Positions 10,245 through 19,666 of a stretch of DNA of 64,000 nt are shown here, piece after piece (the first letter of the stretch is position 1; every line of letters starts with the position of its first letter). Under the pieces are notes generated by a model. The model had not been told where the DNA came from. It ran no database searches and was given only the letters and a program-made list of their open reading frames with translations. The stretch comes from Desulfurococcales archaeon (lineage in GTDB: Archaea; Thermoproteota; Thermoprotei_A; Sulfolobales; Desulfurococcaceae): the NCBI GenBank assembly GCA_027022365.1, contig JALVYU010000026.1:128001-192000 (forward strand), given 5' to 3'. The position numbers and the translations under genes were made by a program.

Positions 10245-11147
10245 TCACCGTTTTCTGGCTATATATAATCCAATTATTGAGGCATAAATATTGGTTTCTA
10301 GAGGATCTGTGTTGAACACTATCTGGTGTATTTTCGCCCTCATAAGCCTTAATTTGAAGATCTTTTCCTTCATATAGTGTTCCTCGACGGTAGATGATAT
10401 AATGAGAACATCGCCGGGGCCCGCGACGTATTCTAGGGGCTCATATCTTGATTTAATACCTCTACGTCTCAGCGCCTCTGAGATCAGGTATGCGGATGGC
10501 TCCAGTATCTTTGGTGACGTTACAATGATGTCCTCGGTACTGGCGACACTATCTATTACGTTGCTGTATTTTTCGATTAACTCTGCAGTCACTGGGTGGA
10601 ATCCTTCCTTCATATGTGTATCCAGACGCTCATGTCTTCGTCCAAGCCCCTTATAGATCTTTATCCCTGTGTTGAACGCCGCTATCCCCATGGTGATGGA
10701 AGTTTCTATCTCATCTTGTAGGTCGACGTATATTTTATCGTACGGGGCCAACATATCCGCTAGTATGTCGTTCTGCGGCCTCGTTGATATCATTAATATT
10801 TTGTTGCCCATGAGTCTCGCTGCTTGTAATATGTTGAGCGTTATATTTGATCCCGGATCAGTGGTGAAGAAAACTATTGTTGAAGGCTCAGTATATGCTG
10901 CGACATAGTATGAGTAGCTCATTGCATCTAGAAGACGGACATCGTTTTCCGGCGTCATTGTCGATATTATCCAGTAGAGTATGTTGGCTGGAAGATATCC
11001 TAGGCGTGAATAAACAATGTATAATCTGCCTCTCGAGGACTCGAGATACTGATTAAGATTATTTGAGATCTTCTTCGCAATATCTTCTAGGGCTTGGACC
11101 CTATTCGCCAGCAGCCTTATATCACTGCGTTCTCCAGTGCTCTGCAA
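10245..11147 (-). CDS. Hypothetical protein, possibly a degenerate double-SIS (sugar isomerase-like) fold
   Basis: 300-aa ORF in the operon with two alpha/beta halves; start probably a few codons downstream. Confidence 0.5.
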   Translation of the reverse strand: MQSTGERSDIRLLANRVQALEDIAKKISNNLNQYLESSRGRLYIVYSRLGYLPANILYWIISTMTPENDVRLLDAMSYSYYVAAYTEPSTIVFFTTDPGSNITLNILQAARLMGNKILMISTRPQNDILADMLAPYDKIYVDLQDEIETSITMGIAAFNTGIKIYKGLGRRHERLDTHMKEGFHPVTAELIEKYSNVIDSVASTEDIIVTSPKILEPSAYLISEALRRRGIKSRYEPLEYVAGPGDVLIISSTVEEHYMKEKIFKLRLMRAKIHQIVFNTDPLETNIYASIIGLYIARKR

Positions 11148-11938
11148 CAGCTACAATACCTCTCGTCCGGGTTTTCGGGTATCTTCTCAATTATCTTCGG
11201 CAACAGTCTTTTAGCCTTCTCTGTATTCTCCCTCATCACCCTTAGCACCTCATCCGCCGTAACGGGTTTCTCTGCCCATACATCATAGTCTGTTATCATA
11301 GCAACGGTGGCGTAGCATAGCTCTGCCTCACATGCAAGGACGACCTCTGGGACGAGTGTCATACCTATTATGTCGGCTTGGAACACGTTCTTCCATATAT
11401 TGCTCTCCGCCCTCGTGGAGAACCTTGGGCCCTCGATACAGATATATGTGCCTCTCTCATGGAGCCTTATTTCAGGGACGTCTTTAGCCGCCTCGATTAT
11501 TATTCTCCTGAGATGCTCGCAGAACGGGTCAGCCATACTTACATGTGCGACCACTCCGCCCTCGAAGAACGTCATTGGCCTCGCTCCCTTGGTCATGTCT
11601 ATAAATTGATCCGGCACTACGAAGTCTCCGGGCCTATAATCTTCCCTCAAGCTCCCGACGGCTGAGAATGATATAATCCATTTGGCGCCCAGTGCTTTGA
11701 GCGCCCATATATTCGCTCTATAATTGACGCGGTGGGGTGGTATTCGGTGTCCTCGGCCATGCCTTGGGAGGAACGCTATTTTCCGGCTCCTTAACCGCCC
11801 GATCACTATTTTGTCGCTGGGCTCACCGTACGGGGTGTATACTTTTATCTCGTCGATCTTCTCTAGCCCATCAATGCTGTAAAGCCCGCTACCACCAATA
11901 ACGCCTATTTCGACCCGTGTTTTGGGCCTGATCAGCAC
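11117..11938 (-). CDS. mtnP: S-methyl-5'-thioadenosine phosphorylase
   Basis: [39 protein letters not shown]-terminal CSC. Confidence 0.95.
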   Translation of the reverse strand: MLIRPKTRVEIGVIGGSGLYSIDGLEKIDEIKVYTPYGEPSDKIVIGRLRSRKIAFLPRHGRGHRIPPHRVNYRANIWALKALGAKWIISFSAVGSLREDYRPGDFVVPDQFIDMTKGARPMTFFEGGVVAHVSMADPFCEHLRRIIIEAAKDVPEIRLHERGTYICIEGPRFSTRAESNIWKNVFQADIIGMTLVPEVVLACEAELCYATVAMITDYDVWAEKPVTADEVLRVMRENTEKAKRLLPKIIEKIPENPDERYCSCCRALENAVI

Positions 11939-11958
11939 TCTATCCTACCCCGCACGTA

Positions 11959-12669
11959 TTAGGCGTTGAGCACGTATTTTCTCGTGGATTCATCGTATTT
12001 AATGAGGCCCTTCTCTTCAAGTATTCTTAGTGCATCGCGATAGTATCGTTCACCAACATCTATACCGTACCACTCCTTGAACCCGTTAATGATCTCCTGA
12101 TAAGTCCACTCCTTCTTCCCTGACTCCTTGTATGTCTCGAGCATCATTCGTTTAATGAACTGGTATGTGTCCTCTAGCCTTGTCCATGGGTATTGGAACC
12201 AGATCCACTCCTTGACCTCGATGTAGTAGTAGTCTGGTTTAAACCTGGCTACAGAGCTGATCCACTGGAGAGCTGCTGTGCGTGTCTCTGCAGGATTCCA
12301 GTTCTCCTCTACGAACTTCTTGGCGAGGCTGAGAGTATCACCAGTGTCAACGATATCGTCAACAAGCAGGGCCTTCATACTACTGAGATCTATCTTGTAC
12401 GGGAACTTGATGATAGCTCTCTCTTCTGCTTTAGCAGCCTCTGTCCAGTGCTGGCTCTGAATACTTAGTAGATTCTCAATATCAAGAAAATCACATATCA
12501 GCCTCGCCGGTACATAACCGCCGCGAGCAAGAGCCACAACAACATCGGGCTTATAGCCGGAAGAACGGATCTTATCTGCAAGACCCCAAGCCCAATCAAC
12601 AATATCCTCCCAAGACACAAGCCTAACATTAACGCGAGGCATAAAGCCCATCACCATAACAATAAACAA
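11959..12669 (-). CDS. Purine phosphoribosyltransferase
   Basis: ALARGG and LLVDDIVDTGDT PRPP-binding motif, WFQYPW; true start likely ~12651 or 12642. Confidence 0.9.
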   Translation of the reverse strand: MFIVMVMGFMPRVNVRLVSWEDIVDWAWGLADKIRSSGYKPDVVVALARGGYVPARLICDFLDIENLLSIQSQHWTEAAKAEERAIIKFPYKIDLSSMKALLVDDIVDTGDTLSLAKKFVEENWNPAETRTAALQWISSVARFKPDYYYIEVKEWIWFQYPWTRLEDTYQFIKRMMLETYKESGKKEWTYQEIINGFKEWYGIDVGERYYRDALRILEEKGLIKYDESTRKYVLNA

Positions 12670-12744
12670 GAAATATAAGATATAAGCTTTAACAAAAACC
12701 CAAAACCCATTAAAACCCCTCCAATAACTATCCCAATAATGGAT

Positions 12745-12832
12745 GCGGGGGTGCCCGAGCTAGGTCAAAGGGGTCGGGCTTAGGACCCGATGGCGTAGGC
12801 CTGCGTGGGTTCAAATCCCACCCCCCGCACCA
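12745..12832 (+). tRNA. tRNA-Leu(TAG)
   Basis: GCGGGGG/CCCCCGC acceptor stem, TCGGG-CTTAGGA-CCCGA anticodon arm, long variable arm, TTCAAAT T-loop, encoded CCA. Confidence 0.97.
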
Positions 12833-12955
12833 CTCTCCTAGAGATTTTCCTCAAAGAAGCAGATAACAGCTTCTTCGACAATACACTTGGTTATTTATTC
12901 ATCTCAACCTATCAACTTATTTCTCAAATTGAGGTCTCGGGGGAGCAGGAGAGGA

Positions 12956-13319
12956 CTTTTCAGTTTTCTTGTTTGTAACATGTAGACACCCACGATCCTG
13001 TTTACCGATACATATCTTGTAATATTGATCTTTCAGTTCTATCTGTCTGTTTGTAACAAGTTCTTGATGCTGGAGCCGTTCACGCTACTACAGCTACCCT
13101 TCATGGTGATAGCAATGTATGCGAGCTACGCCGTGGATCCCGATACGCTTTCAGTTCTATCTGTTTGTAACCTGATAACACTTGTAAGCGTGAACGCACC
13201 CGCAACACTACGCCCACCACTCTTTCAGTTCTATCTGTTTGTAACTGAGCCAGCACCACTATCTGTGTTGGTGTTACGAATACATCCCAGATAATCTTTC
13301 AGTTCTATCTGTTTGTAAC
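12956..13319 (-). CRISPR. Mini CRISPR array 1: 5 repeats (consensus GTTACAAACAGATAGAACTGAAAG on minus strand), 4 spacers of 50/90/50/50 nt
   Basis: Repeats at 12956-12979 (degenerate), 13030-13057 (4-nt insertion), 13148-13171, 13222-13245, 13296-13319; 3' GAAAG end; degeneration is distal to the leader. Confidence 0.95.
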
Positions 13320-13462
13320 CGTTTTTGTTTGTTTATTTGGTTGTTTTAATATTTTATGTTTTGCTCTGGGTGCCTCCCCCAACGATCCACTGGCCCGATG
13401 AGAGCATCCATAAACTGGTTGGTATAGATCAGCGATAAAGTGTTAAGCATAGGCTAACACAG
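13320..13462 (-). promoter_or_regulatory. CRISPR leader of array 1
   Basis: AT-rich repeat-proximal part with AAAACATAAAATATTAAA promoter-like tract; inverted near-copy of 60967-61109. Confidence 0.88.
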
Positions 13463-13509
13463 TGTAAGATTAAGTGTATTTTTTCTGATGCCGAACAATC
13501 TCATGTTAA

Positions 13510-14124
13510 CCCTACTCAAAGATAAGTTCCGCTACTGATAATGATGATGATAAGAAAATACTGCTCGAAATAGAGTTCCCAGTCCTTTTAGAGAAGATTA
13601 AGATCCCTTTTGAGAGGCTGCCCGGGCTCCTTAAACTTTTAGGAGAAACAGGGGAAAACCCTGAGTTTTTAATGAAAGAGCCTGAAAACCCCGAGCCATA
13701 TTAAAAGGAGATACCAGATATTAAGGTAGGCATCCAGCACTGGAGGGGCAGACACGTACGGCTTTATAGAGCACCAAGTAATCCCTGGATAGATATTGTT
13801 AGCAAGGTCTCAGGACTGGAGTTCAGCGGTGATGGTAAAAGGGTTTACTGCTCCAAGCATGGCTGGGTAAACTACATAGTTACCTCGGACGGACGCATAC
13901 TATGTGGCTACGACTACCATACACTATTTGACCCCAACAAGCCAAAGACCTACCCACCAAGTGAGATAAAGAAAATGAAGAAGGAACTCCAAGAAACAAT
14001 GAACGAGATAGAGGAGCTAAGAGATAAGGCTTCTATGTCTATCGAGTCGTCGCCTATGAGGGATATTAATGGTAGGGAGGAGGGTGTTGATGAAGAAGAG
14101 GGAGAAGACTATGAAGAGGAGTAA
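13510..14124 (+). pseudogene. Degraded gene: CxxH...C zinc-binding-like motif, coiled coil and acidic tail
   Basis: Frame open 13510-14124 except one TAA at 13702; YCSKHGWVNYIVTSDGRILCGYDYH ... EEGVDEEEGEDYEEE*; no clear start codon. Confidence 0.55.
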
Positions 14125-14527
14125 TGGTGAAAGAGAAGGGAAAAAGAGGAAAATATACATTCCACGCTCAACAACATTCTATAAGGCTATTAGTGTCCTT
14201 AAGACACTTTTCCCTAAGGACGACTTCACGTATTGAAGCCTGAAGCATTCAACACTATCATTGAACACTTAAAGTGGGAGCTACGCTTGCACGGGTTTAT
14301 TAGTTCGGCGGCTTCTCTATTCTATGATATAATAATGGATCATCCCCTAGTCGATGGGAATAAGAGATCGGCAGTATTGATGCTTAATGCCTATCTATTC
14401 AGGAACGGGTATAGTCTTAGGGGGATTGAGGAATTGTATGAATTAGCTATAAAGGTTGCTGAGAAGAAAATAGGTAAAAACAGGTGTATTGGAATGGCTA
14501 AGGAAAAGAGTCGTGGAAAGAAAATGA
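14124..14527 (+). pseudogene. Fic/Doc toxin, frameshifted
   Basis: HPLVDGNKR Fic motif; N-terminus (KIYIPRSTTFYKAISVLKTLFPKDDFT) and C-terminus (VLEWLRKRVVERK*) lie in other frames. Confidence 0.75.
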
Positions 14528-14619
14528 CATGGGAAGAAGCAATTAGAGAAGCTGCTGAAAAAACCTACCCAATACTTGTAAAGCTGAGGGAATATGACCT
14601 AAAACATGAAAGGTGCTAG
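14524..14619 (+). CDS. Putative small antitoxin (MTWEEAIREAAEKTYPILVKLREYDLKHERC)
   Basis: ATGA overlap with the reconstructed Doc stop codon; short amphipathic helix. Confidence 0.4.
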   Translation: MTWEEAIREAAEKTYPILVKLREYDLKHERC

Positions 14620-14947
14620 GGCCTCGTGCTCTGTAAAAATCTACCTAGTACCTTCACGTATTGTGGATAGTATTTATCGGCTGGGACGCTTAGTTTTAGG
14701 TAGTGTTAGGAGAGGATTTCCTAGGCAAGTACTCTAGGTAATTGTTAAGTAATTGATATATCACAAACAATGCTTTTTAAGCTGTGATCTTATCCGAACT
14801 CTATCTATCTCTTATGTATAGCACGGATATCTCTAGTTTCTATAGTCGCCGCCTGGCATGTCAGTCTACGATCATATGATAGTATATAATATATATAGTA
14901 TATAATATGTATTGTCTACCTATATAGTTGGTGAGCCGGGTGTTTAG

Positions 14948-16579
14948 TTGTTGAACAAGTGGGTCATGGCTGGACTATTACTGGCCATTGTATTGCTACA
15001 GCAACTCTGCCCGGTTGTTCATGAGGGCATAGTCCCGGTATGTAATAACTTTATATCCGCGATAATCAAGCCCATGGGCTATTCATATACCATGGCGCAT
15101 CTCAAATTGAGGTGCCCGGTAAAGAATGTTCTCCCCATCCCTCTACCACTATTTAATACACGGATTAACGGTACGTTATGTGCACATATAAATAATACCA
15201 TGATACGAAGCATATCAACGTTCAGCTTAAAAATGATCCCTGCCAACACGCCGATGACGAAGGTGATCTGGGGAAAAGGATCCCTGAGGCTAAATACAAC
15301 TATTAATAATTCTTCATTCGAGACAATTTATCTCGAGTATCACTATAGGGTCTACAACGTCTCAAGTATAATCTCTGGGACGGGATCGGGGATTGTAAGG
15401 ATAAATATTAGTGATAACAAGTCGATTATAGACGCTATAATTAAAGCAAATAATGCAACTATGAGCTTTGTGGAAAATGCAATAGAGACTTTCATAGTAA
15501 CACCGCTCCTAGGTAGACCATTAAGCCTCAGAGTGAGACATAATACAACACTATACTTGTTGAGAGTTGAGTATACAGGGATCCCCGCAATTATATGGGT
15601 CAATTTCACCGGCAACTACAATGCGGTTAGCTGGCAATATAATGGGCTCTCCTATCCATCTGCAAATGGAAGCTTCACCCTAAATTACAAGGTTAAGTAT
15701 GCTATAGGCCTAGATAGGATCATTAATATGACCATGAATATGAGTGACAATATCTACAGACTATCTGACCTACTTCACCCTATCGAGACATACAACATTT
15801 TCCCAATAACATGGGAGGCTCAGCATATCGTAGAAATACTAGTTTCCAATTCTCTAGCCATATGTAATTCATCATCAATAGACTTAACCATAAGAACAAT
15901 CAACGGAACCTATCTCTATACAGATATTAGAATACTATATCCACGGAGTAGAGTTGACGGGGGCAATGCAGCCCTACTCATAGGTCTAAGTATCAACGGC
16001 TACGGCGCCAACACGTACTTGAGGATCAGGAAGCAATCAGTATTGCTTGACAAGTACCTTGGCAGGAACAGGACATATACTGTTGATAAGCTTATAGGAT
16101 CCCCGCTAATGCCACCTACGGATATTCATGATCTTATAAGCCCTGACAGCTACATGAAAATATATATTGGTGCGTCAGCCTCATTTATACTCCGCTATAT
16201 CCTTGGGGGCAACTGTTTCAGGACACCAAACAAGAGATGGATAAACATTACTAGGGAGTGGATCGTCGTGAGGCCATTTCCAGACGCCATAAACACAGTC
16301 CTTGTCTATCTAACGTTAACAGGATTTACACCACTTTCTAACTATAGATTCTTATATGAAAACAATAGACACATACATGTAACAAGTCCGAACACTACAA
16401 CATCTACAAGCTCCTCGACATATACTACTCCATGTACTACTAGGCACACACTCTCACCATCAACTCATAGGACGGGTAATTCCATGTACACACATATGGC
16501 CGGGTTTATCATATTTGTCACTATCTCATTAATAGCATACGCTATATTACATAAGAGAAGGGGGACATACAGCAACTAA
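14948..16579 (+). CDS. Secreted, C-terminally membrane-anchored surface protein
   Basis: Signal peptide, many N-x-S/T sequons, Thr/Ser-rich linker, C-terminal TM followed by HKRR. Confidence 0.75.
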   Translation: MLNKWVMAGLLLAIVLLQQLCPVVHEGIVPVCNNFISAIIKPMGYSYTMAHLKLRCPVKNVLPIPLPLFNTRINGTLCAHINNTMIRSISTFSLKMIPANTPMTKVIWGKGSLRLNTTINNSSFETIYLEYHYRVYNVSSIISGTGSGIVRINISDNKSIIDAIIKANNATMSFVENAIETFIVTPLLGRPLSLRVRHNTTLYLLRVEYTGIPAIIWVNFTGNYNAVSWQYNGLSYPSANGSFTLNYKVKYAIGLDRIINMTMNMSDNIYRLSDLLHPIETYNIFPITWEAQHIVEILVSNSLAICNSSSIDLTIRTINGTYLYTDIRILYPRSRVDGGNAALLIGLSINGYGANTYLRIRKQSVLLDKYLGRNRTYTVDKLIGSPLMPPTDIHDLISPDSYMKIYIGASASFILRYILGGNCFRTPNKRWINITREWIVVRPFPDAINTVLVYLTLTGFTPLSNYRFLYENNRHIHVTSPNTTTSTSSSTYTTPCTTRHTLSPSTHRTGNSMYTHMAGFIIFVTISLIAYAILHKRRGTYSN

Positions 16580-16594
16580 AATGTTACTCGCCGA

Positions 16595-16872
16595 CAAGAT
16601 TGGTTTTCCTCTTGAGAGACCTAGTAGTAGGTCTGAAGTAAAGGTATCACTAGTGCCGGTTGTGTCTACGGCCTCGCTTACACTGAACGCTGGGAGCCCG
16701 ATTCCCTGCACTTCTAGTTATCCCGTAGATCACTATTTCTAGCCACGCTTAACATCCATAATCTCGGGATCATCTTCCATTGACTTCTCGGCTACATCCT
16801 TATAGTTTTCGAGATCGGTTAGACCTCATCGCCTTGCGTCTGTTTACTAGGGACAATATCCACTTTTCTCAG
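16595..16872 (-). pseudogene. PfkB/ribokinase-family kinase fragment
   Basis: Minus strand LPAFSVSEAVDTTGTSDTFTSDLLLGLSRG (decayed DTTGAGDxF signature) and upstream frameshifted LRKVDIV..NRRKAM..EIMDVKRG. Confidence 0.7.
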
Positions 16873-17079
16873 GTGTGTCTGAGGATGACGTTGTCATTAG
16901 AGTTTGGATGAGACCAAGCCTATGGAGGAGCATGTGGTCGTGACGCCCGAGATCAGCATTCGTTCCCTAGGGCATCGCCTCGAGGGCTTCCCCAAAGACC
17001 AATAATCATCATCCTAGACTCTTATTTTCCTGTTTAGCTGTTATTTATTCTTCCTAGTAGATGCTCCGGTGTTATTGGT

Positions 17080-18228
17080 ATGGACGAATATGTGTTGAGA
17101 AGCCTGTGTCGTGCACTAGGAAGTCTCTGTAGGAGTGTTGTCGATGCACTCTATACTCCTCCTAAGAGGCTCTACTTGAGGGTTAATACATTCTTGATTA
17201 AACGGGGCGAGCTTATTGATAGATTAAGGGAGAGGGGGATAAGGGCTTACCCGGATCCTTTCGTTGATGAAGCACTGTACATTGTTCTTGAAGGCCCCTT
17301 CAGAATCGAGGCGCTCCAGAAAAAGATAGTGGTTAACAGACACGCGGCAGAATCCATATTAATGGGGGCCAACACCTATGCCCCCGGCGTTGTCAGCTAT
17401 GATCCTTTCAGGCGTGGAGACACTGTCACGATCATGGCTCCGAATATGAGGCCTGTCGCCATAGGTATCACTGTTATTGATTCCGGCCAGCTCAAGAAGA
17501 TGAAGCACGGCCTTGTAGCCAGAACTATTAAGAGCGTGTACAGTGCGCCCCCGATAAGGGAGATGCCCGAGTACAGGACGGGTTATTTCTACCCACAGAG
17601 CCTCCCAGCCATGATGGTCTCTAAACTCATGGATCCCCGCCCCGGGCAACTCATAGTCGATATGAACTGCTCCCCGGGTGGCAAGACAAGCCATGTGGTG
17701 CAACTCACAAGGGGGAGTGCCAGAATACTTGGTTTCGATCGTAATCTGGGGAAGGTGGAACGAGTACGTGAAACCCTCACTAGGCTTAAACTATACCTGA
17801 ACACAGTACTTGCCCCGGCTGATACGAGGTATATCGATGTAGACCTGCTGGGGGAGAATAGAGCCGATGCAGTACTTATTGATCCGCCGTGCACAGGACT
17901 CGGTGTTAGGCCGAAGATAGAGATAAGGACGAGAAAACCTGATCTCGTGAACAGTTATCTCTATCAGAGACAGTTCTTCAGGCCCGCGAAGAAGATTGTC
18001 AAGCCGGGAGGCAGGATAGTATACTCCACCTGCACACTCACATACGAGGAGAATGAGGGCAACATACTATATGCTGTTAAAGAACATGGACTGGAATGCG
18101 TTGATCTGGGAAGAATACCGTATGCGGAAAAACTCGTTTTCAGAGACTGTACAGCCTACAGGTTTGGGCCGCACATAGATGATATGCCGGGCTTTTTCAT
18201 CTCGGTTCTTAGGAAGCCCTCTTCCTAA
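17080..18228 (+). CDS. PUA-containing RsmB/NOL1/NOP2 RNA m5C methyltransferase (NSUN6-like)
   Basis: PUA region, QSLPAM, SPGGKT, DPPC and YSTCT motifs. Confidence 0.9.
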   Translation: MDEYVLRSLCRALGSLCRSVVDALYTPPKRLYLRVNTFLIKRGELIDRLRERGIRAYPDPFVDEALYIVLEGPFRIEALQKKIVVNRHAAESILMGANTYAPGVVSYDPFRRGDTVTIMAPNMRPVAIGITVIDSGQLKKMKHGLVARTIKSVYSAPPIREMPEYRTGYFYPQSLPAMMVSKLMDPRPGQLIVDMNCSPGGKTSHVVQLTRGSARILGFDRNLGKVERVRETLTRLKLYLNTVLAPADTRYIDVDLLGENRADAVLIDPPCTGLGVRPKIEIRTRKPDLVNSYLYQRQFFRPAKKIVKPGGRIVYSTCTLTYEENEGNILYAVKEHGLECVDLGRIPYAEKLVFRDCTAYRFGPHIDDMPGFFISVLRKPSS

Positions 18229-18775
18229 TTATTGCCGAGCCGCATAGCGGGCATAGAGTCTCCTTGGGGCTTGAGGGCACGTAGCCGCAGACCGGACAGA
18301 AAGCACGATACTTCCTGGGCTTTTTGATCCCGGTGGTCCGGAGGGGCTTGAACCCTATTCCCATATGGTACAGGAGGTTCTGGAGACTATAGTCATCGGT
18401 TATAACTACTACTGCTCTACACTTCTTTCTGAGAGTGAGGGCTAGGGCAGCGACCACTATATCCGTACGCGATAATTTAGTTAGTTCGCCTACTTTTTTA
18501 GCAGTTCTCATAGCTTCATCTATGCTTGTCGATTCAGGCTCAACAACACTGATCCTGCCTATGTTAAGCCCTAGCTCTAGGGCTTCCCGGCTCTCCCTAT
18601 CCTTAACTTCATCGCACACCTCTGCCGGGACAAAGTAGTCCGCATTACCTATATTAGCTATTAAATGATACTTAGCTAGGAGAGCCCCTGTATCAAGCAC
18701 TATACAGATCTTTTTATTGGACGAAAAAGAGCCTCCTCCTATCGAATACTTTCTTAGCCACATCTCTACGTCCAC
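18209..18775 (-). CDS. nob1: Nob1 endoribonuclease (PIN + zinc ribbon)
   Basis: VLDTG, LSRTD, ITDDYSLQN, CPVC...CPLCGS. Confidence 0.9.
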   Translation of the reverse strand: MDVEMWLRKYSIGGGSFSSNKKICIVLDTGALLAKYHLIANIGNADYFVPAEVCDEVKDRESREALELGLNIGRISVVEPESTSIDEAMRTAKKVGELTKLSRTDIVVAALALTLRKKCRAVVVITDDYSLQNLLYHMGIGFKPLRTTGIKKPRKYRAFCPVCGYVPSSPKETLCPLCGSAIIRKRAS

Positions 18776-19583
18776 TCAGCCTTATTATTCTAAAACTACG
18801 GAAATCCATCTCGACGAGGAGCTCCGAGCCCTTACCCATGGATTCCATGTTTTCCCCATCAACGTATAGGTCGACGTGGCCGTGTATTCTAACAAGTAGC
18901 TTTGATAGTCTTGACACTATTATTGGTTTAATATTTAGTTCCATAGGATTTAGGGGAGCAACACTGATCCCGCTGACAGAATACTCCATTAGGCTGCCGC
19001 CCACAGACAAGTTATAGGCGGCAGAACCGGCAGGCGTCGAGATAATTATTCCATCTCCATAGAAGAAAAGATGAGATCTCATCCCGGGAGTCACTATTTC
19101 TAACTCGAACCTCAGTACTCTCCCGTGGTCAATGCTTATGAGAGCTGATTCGTTCAATGCATAGTAGCTAGCTCTAGGTGATAGGATGTGCAGCCTGTCG
19201 TAATCCTCGATCACGAAATCCCCGTTGATAACCCTGTCAATAACAGGCTCTATATCATCAGCTCCGATGTCCTCATAGAGAATTGTACGTCTACCACAAG
19301 GTATTGGTAGGATGAGCGGTGTATTCTCGGGATACACCCTCGATATTTTCAGGAGAGTACCATCACCACCAATCCCAACTATTAGGTCAACGTACTCCCT
19401 CGCCCCACGTATTATGTCGTCAACCCAGAACGTCTCGACATTAACACCCCTCGACATAAGGGCGCGACGCACAGTCCTTGCTAGCTCTATGCATTTCTCG
19501 CTCGGCCTGTAAACGATGTAGGCTTCCTTGAAATAACTATTCCTCTGCAACGCCGATCCGTACTCCGTCGGTAAGCATATCAT
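18714..19583 (-). CDS. nadK: NAD(+) kinase
   Basis: GGDGT, ALNE, GDGIIISTPAGSAAYNLSVGG motifs. Confidence 0.92.
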   Translation of the reverse strand: MICLPTEYGSALQRNSYFKEAYIVYRPSEKCIELARTVRRALMSRGVNVETFWVDDIIRGAREYVDLIVGIGGDGTLLKISRVYPENTPLILPIPCGRRTILYEDIGADDIEPVIDRVINGDFVIEDYDRLHILSPRASYYALNESALISIDHGRVLRFELEIVTPGMRSHLFFYGDGIIISTPAGSAAYNLSVGGSLMEYSVSGISVAPLNPMELNIKPIIVSRLSKLLVRIHGHVDLYVDGENMESMGKGSELLVEMDFRSFRIIRLSGRRDVAKKVFDRRRLFFVQ

Positions 19584-19666
19584 GTCTATGATTAATTAGT
19601 AGCAGGCCTATAGTTAAACAATTACATGGAGAGATAATAAAAACTAGGATAGGGAGAGAAAACGGC

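Noticed and set aside
13025-13294. 89-aa ORF across CRISPR array 1
   Set aside because: Translation of repeats and spacers (FQFYL recurs); not a gene
13462-17079. cas genes or a second tRNA-Leu att copy closing the element at array 1
   Set aside because: No Cas motifs and no CCCACCCCCCGCACCA copy found in this interval
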